Below are positions 28,634 through 32,000 of a stretch of 32,000 nt of DNA, piece by piece. The stretch's first letter is position 1. Each line of letters opens with the position of its first letter. Source of the DNA: Escherichia coli (GTDB lineage: Bacteria > Pseudomonadota > Gammaproteobacteria > Enterobacterales > Enterobacteriaceae); the NCBI RefSeq assembly GCF_900622695.1, contig NZ_LR130562.1; one strand, given 5' to 3'. The notes beneath the pieces are model-generated. The model worked only from the letters and a program-made list of their open reading frames with translations. It ran no database searches and was not told where the DNA came from. Both the position numbers and the translations under genes were made by a program.

Positions 28634-29545
28634 GTGCCTCGTATGCAAATCACCAACATGCATTGCAGTGGACAAACCGTTTCACTTGCCGCGGGGGATT
28701 ATCACGCGACTATCGTGACGGTTGGTGCTGGTCTGGCTGAATTAACCTTTCAGGGTTGTCATTTAGTCATCCCGCACAAACCCGAAGAGATGCCGCTGGC
28801 GCATCTGGGTAAAGTGCTTATTCCGTGGCCGAACCGGATCGCCAACGGCTGTTACCGCTATCAGGGGCAGGACTATCAGTTACCCATTAATGAACATAGT
28901 TCAAAAGCCGCTATTCACGGGCTGCTTGCCTGGCGTGACTGGCAAATTAGCGAATTAACCGCCACCAGCGTTACCCTGACAGCTTTTCTGCCGCCCAGTT
29001 ACGGCTATCCGTTTATGCTGGCTTCGCAGGTTGTTTATTCGCTCAACGCTCGCACGGGCCTTTCCGTTGAGATCGCAAGCCAGAATATTGGTACTGTGAC
29101 CGCACCTTATGGTGTGGGTATTCATCCTTATTTAACCTGCAACTTAACATCTGTTGATGACTATCTTTTCCAGCTTCCGGCAGAACAGGTTTATGCCGTC
29201 GATGAGCACGCAAATCCGACAACGCTTCACCACGTTGATGAGCTGAATTTAAATTTCACGCGGGCGACAAAAATAGCCGCGACAAAAATAGACCATACCT
29301 TTAAAACCGCTAATGATCTGTGGGAAATAACCATTACCCATCCACAACAGGCGCTTTCGGTGAGCCTCTGTTCCGATCAACCCTGGGTGCAGGTTTATAG
29401 CGGTGAAAAATTACAGCGTCAGGGACTGGCAGTTGAACCTATGAGTTGCCCGCCTAACGCCTTTAATTCAGGTATCGACTTATTATTACTGGAACCAGGA
29501 AAAACGCACCGCCTGTTTTTTAATATTCACGGGCAGCACAATTAA
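28634..29545 (+). CDS. yihR: Aldose-1-epimerase-like protein, putative sulfoquinovose mutarotase (303 aa)
   Basis: Epimerase pattern ...GIHPYLTCNL..., position in the sulfoquinovose cluster. Confidence 0.93.
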   Translation: MPRMQITNMHCSGQTVSLAAGDYHATIVTVGAGLAELTFQGCHLVIPHKPEEMPLAHLGKVLIPWPNRIANGCYRYQGQDYQLPINEHSSKAAIHGLLAWRDWQISELTATSVTLTAFLPPSYGYPFMLASQVVYSLNARTGLSVEIASQNIGTVTAPYGVGIHPYLTCNLTSVDDYLFQLPAEQVYAVDEHANPTTLHHVDELNLNFTRATKIAATKIDHTFKTANDLWEITITHPQQALSVSLCSDQPWVQVYSGEKLQRQGLAVEPMSCPPNAFNSGIDLLLLEPGKTHRLFFNIHGQHN

Positions 29546-29605
29546 TTTTATTAAGAAAAGAACGAGATCATTGTTTAGGGTTGTATTTACACAACAGGAA
29601 ATATT

Positions 29606-30481
29606 ATGGACTTTTTTACGTTATTTTCGCCGGATGGGGCCATGGTGGAAACAAGCGTGGTATGTATCGTTATCGCGTTAATGTTTCTTTATACCTTTGT
29701 GGGGATATGCGCGGGATTTGGCGGTGGTTTAACCACTATGCCGCTCGTCACGTTAATGCTCCCCGTAAAAATGGCAACTCCGCTCTCGGTGATTGTCGGC
29801 ACCGCGACCGCCTTGTACGCCACCTGGCTGTCACGTAAAGAAACGGATTGGCGATCGGCAATGGTACTGATTATTTTCTCGTTTCTGGGAATACCCGTCG
29901 GTTTATATGCGCTGTCGTATTTACCCGACCATTTTATGAAAGTGGGCTTAGGCGGATTCCTTATCCTTTACTCGTTTTACAGCATGTTTATTCCTCGCCT
30001 GCCGATTTATGACCGTAACTGGATCGCCGCACCTATCGGCGCAGTAGCTGGCGCATTAGGCGCGGCGTTCTCAACCAACGGACCGCCGATGGTTATCTAC
30101 GGTATGCTGCGTAACTTAGGCCCGGCGGCATTTCGTGGCACTCTGAACGCTTTCTTCACCGCAAACAACATCGCGGTGATCGGCGGGCTGGCGACCAGCG
30201 GAATTTTGACTGTTTCTATCTTTAAACTGGTGCTGTTTTGTATTCCCACCATGATCCTCGGTTCACTGGTTGGACAATATGTGCATAAACGCATTTCAGT
30301 CAAAGTGTTCCGTGTGATGGTCTTTTTGTTGCTGATTGCCTCCGGTTCTATGTTGATAAAAGGCGCACTGGGAATTCCCGCCGCTGCCGCACTTCTGCCT
30401 CCGTTTACCTTGTTAGTTATACTGCAACTGGCATTTGGTAAAAAAGTGGCGGCAATCCGCCGGGCTGAAGAAAGTAAATAA
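29606..30481 (+). CDS. TauE/SafE-family (UPF0721-like) sulfonate/sulfite exporter-type permease (291 aa)
   Basis: Polytopic protein with glycine-rich GICAGFGGGLTTMPLVTLMLPVKMATPLSVIVGTATALYATW and internal AAPIGAVAGALGAAFSTNGPPMVIYG; AGGAA upstream of ATG. Confidence 0.85.
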   Translation: MDFFTLFSPDGAMVETSVVCIVIALMFLYTFVGICAGFGGGLTTMPLVTLMLPVKMATPLSVIVGTATALYATWLSRKETDWRSAMVLIIFSFLGIPVGLYALSYLPDHFMKVGLGGFLILYSFYSMFIPRLPIYDRNWIAAPIGAVAGALGAAFSTNGPPMVIYGMLRNLGPAAFRGTLNAFFTANNIAVIGGLATSGILTVSIFKLVLFCIPTMILGSLVGQYVHKRISVKVFRVMVFLLLIASGSMLIKGALGIPAAAALLPPFTLLVILQLAFGKKVAAIRRAEESK

Positions 30482-30488
30482 TCACTTA

Positions 30489-30512
30489 TGCGGGTTTTAA
30501 TTTATACCCGCA
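30489..30512 (+). terminator. Hairpin after the permease gene
   Basis: TGCGGGT (30489-30495) / ACCCGCA (30506-30512), AT-rich downstream. Confidence 0.6.
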
Positions 30513-30588
30513 CACATTCTTTAATTAATGAAACCTGTAACAACAGGATGGCATGAAATATTAGCTTTATACTCTATGGAGATTATTT

Positions 30589-32000
30589 ATGGATACGCCA
30601 CGCCCACAATTACCAGATTTTCAGTTTCATCAGAATAACGACAGTTTTACCCTACATTTTCAACAGCGTCTTATTTTAACCCATAGCAAAGATAATCCTT
30701 GTTTATGGATTGGTTCAGGTATTGCGGATATCGATATGTTCCGCGGCAATTTCAGCATTAAAGATAAACTACAGGAGAAAATTGCGCTTACCGACGCCAT
30801 CGTCAGCCAGTCACCGGATGGTTGGTTAATCCATTTCAGCCGTGGTTCTGACATTAGCGCCACGCTGCGTATCTCTGCTGACGATCAGGGCCGTTTATTG
30901 CTGGAACTACAAAACGACAACCTTAACCACAACCGCATCTGGCTGCGCCTTGCCGCTCAACCAGAGGACCATATCTACGGCTGCGGCGAACAGTTTTCCT
31001 ACTTCGATCTGCGCGGCAAACCGTTCCCGCTATGGACCAGTGAACAAGGCGTTGGTCGCAACAAACAAACCTATGTCACCTGGCAGGCCGACTGCAAAGA
31101 AAATGCGGGCGGCGACTATTACTGGACTTTCTTCCCACAGCCTACGTTTGTCAGCACGCAGAAGTATTACTGCCATGTTGATAACAGTTGCTACATGAAC
31201 TTCGACTTTAGCGCCCCGGAATACCATGAACTGGCGCTGTGGGAAGACAAAGCTACGCTACGTTTTGAATGTGCTGACACATACATCTCCCTGCTGGAAA
31301 AATTAACTGCCCTGCTGGGACGCCAGCCAGAACTGCCCGACTGGATTTATGACGGGGTAACGCTCGGCATTCAGGGTGGGACGGAAGTGTGTCAGAAGAA
31401 ACTGGACACCATGCGTAACGCGGGTGTGAAGGTTAACGGTATCTGGGCGCAGGACTGGTCCGGGATCCGTATGACCTCTTTTGGCAAACGCGTAATGTGG
31501 AACTGGAAGTGGAACAGCGAAAACTATCCGCAACTGGACTCACGTATTAAGCAGTGGAACAAAGAGGGCGTTCAGTTCCTGGCCTATATCAACCCATATG
31601 TCGCCAGCGATAAAGATCTCTGCGAAGAAGCGGCACAACACGGCTATCTGGCAAAAGATGCCTCTGGCGGTGACTATCTGGTGGAGTTTGGCGAGTTTTA
31701 CGGCGGCGTTGTCGATCTCACTAATCCGGAAGCCTACGCCTGGTTCAAGGAAGTGATCAAAAAGAACATGATTGAACTCGGCTGCGGCGGCTGGATGGCT
31801 GACTTCGGCGAGTATCTGCCCACCGACACTTACCTGCATAACGGCGTCAGCGCGGAAATTATGCATAACGCCTGGCCCGCACTGTGGGCGAAATGTAACT
31901 ACGAAGCCCTTGAAGAAACGGGCAAGCTTGGCGAGATCCTTTTCTTTATGCGCGCCGGTTCTACCGATAGCCAGAAATACTCCACTATGATGTGGGCGGG
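30589..32000 (+). CDS. yihQ: Sulfoquinovosidase (GH31), 5' portion; gene runs past the window end
   Basis: Frame open from ATG 30589 to the window edge; Gln288 at 31450, Arg301 at 31489, Trp304 at 31498 and Asp405 at 31801 (GGWMADFGEYLP) lie at the positions known for E. coli YihQ. The ORF track missed it because no stop lies inside the window. Confidence 0.95.
   Translation, partial: MDTPRPQLPDFQFHQNNDSFTLHFQQRLILTHSKDNPCLWIGSGIADIDMFRGNFSIKDKLQEKIALTDAIVSQSPDGWLIHFSRGSDISATLRISADDQGRLLLELQNDNLNHNRIWLRLAAQPEDHIYGCGEQFSYFDLRGKPFPLWTSEQGVGRNKQTYVTWQADCKENAGGDYYWTFFPQPTFVSTQKYYCHVDNSCYMNFDFSAPEYHELALWEDKATLRFECADTYISLLEKLTALLGRQPELPDWIYDGVTLGIQGGTEVCQKKLDTMRNAGVKVNGIWAQDWSGIRMTSFGKRVMWNWKWNSENYPQLDSRIKQWNKEGVQFLAYINPYVASDKDLCEEAAQHGYLAKDASGGDYLVEFGEFYGGVVDLTNPEAYAWFKEVIKKNMIELGCGGWMADFGEYLPTDTYLHNGVSAEIMHNAWPALWAKCNYEALEETGKLGEILFFMRAGSTDSQKYSTMMWA

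Noticed and set aside
30660-31866. Short tracked ORFs on both strands between 30660 and 31990 as separate genes
   Set aside because: All lie within the yihQ reading frame region, which is open from 30589 to the window end and carries the known catalytic and substrate-binding residues.
1-32000. CRISPR arrays, tRNA or rRNA genes, IS elements, integrases
   Set aside because: No regularly spaced repeats, no cloverleaf-like or rRNA sequence, and no transposase or integrase ORF seen anywhere in the window.

Overview
This window matches the Escherichia coli chromosome segment rhaD-rhaM-frvABXR-yiiG-fdhD-fdoGHI-fdhE-yiiF-yiiE-fabY-dtd-yihYXWVUTSR-yihQ. It is inverted relative to the usual K-12 orientation and carries accessory content. 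From memory, with no database search, four stretches differ from K-12: a carbohydrate-porin-like gene divergent from frvA (677-2071, -); a 5'-truncated yiiG; a ~5 kb accessory block between yiiE and fabY (about 15.6-20.6 kb); and a TauE/SafE-type permease between yihR and the sulfoquinovosidase gene yihQ in the sulfoquinovose cluster. The accessory block holds two small unknown ORFs, a HigB/HigA-like pair, an HSL-type esterase and a ~604 aa protein with the CX5R P-loop CKSAKDRT. Main leads: (1) the ~604 aa putative phosphoinositide/inositol-phosphate phosphatase (INPP4/SopB-like P-loop); (2) yiiF followed by a decayed PIN/VapC-like reading frame, with yiiE and yiiF apparently tandemly duplicated units sharing upstream repeats, one of which also lies upstream of higB; (3) a ~98 bp direct repeat bracketing higBA plus the esterase; (4) the TauE-like permease in the sulfoquinovose locus; (5) three exact AAAAAGTGAC copies around yihV as candidate CsqR sites.
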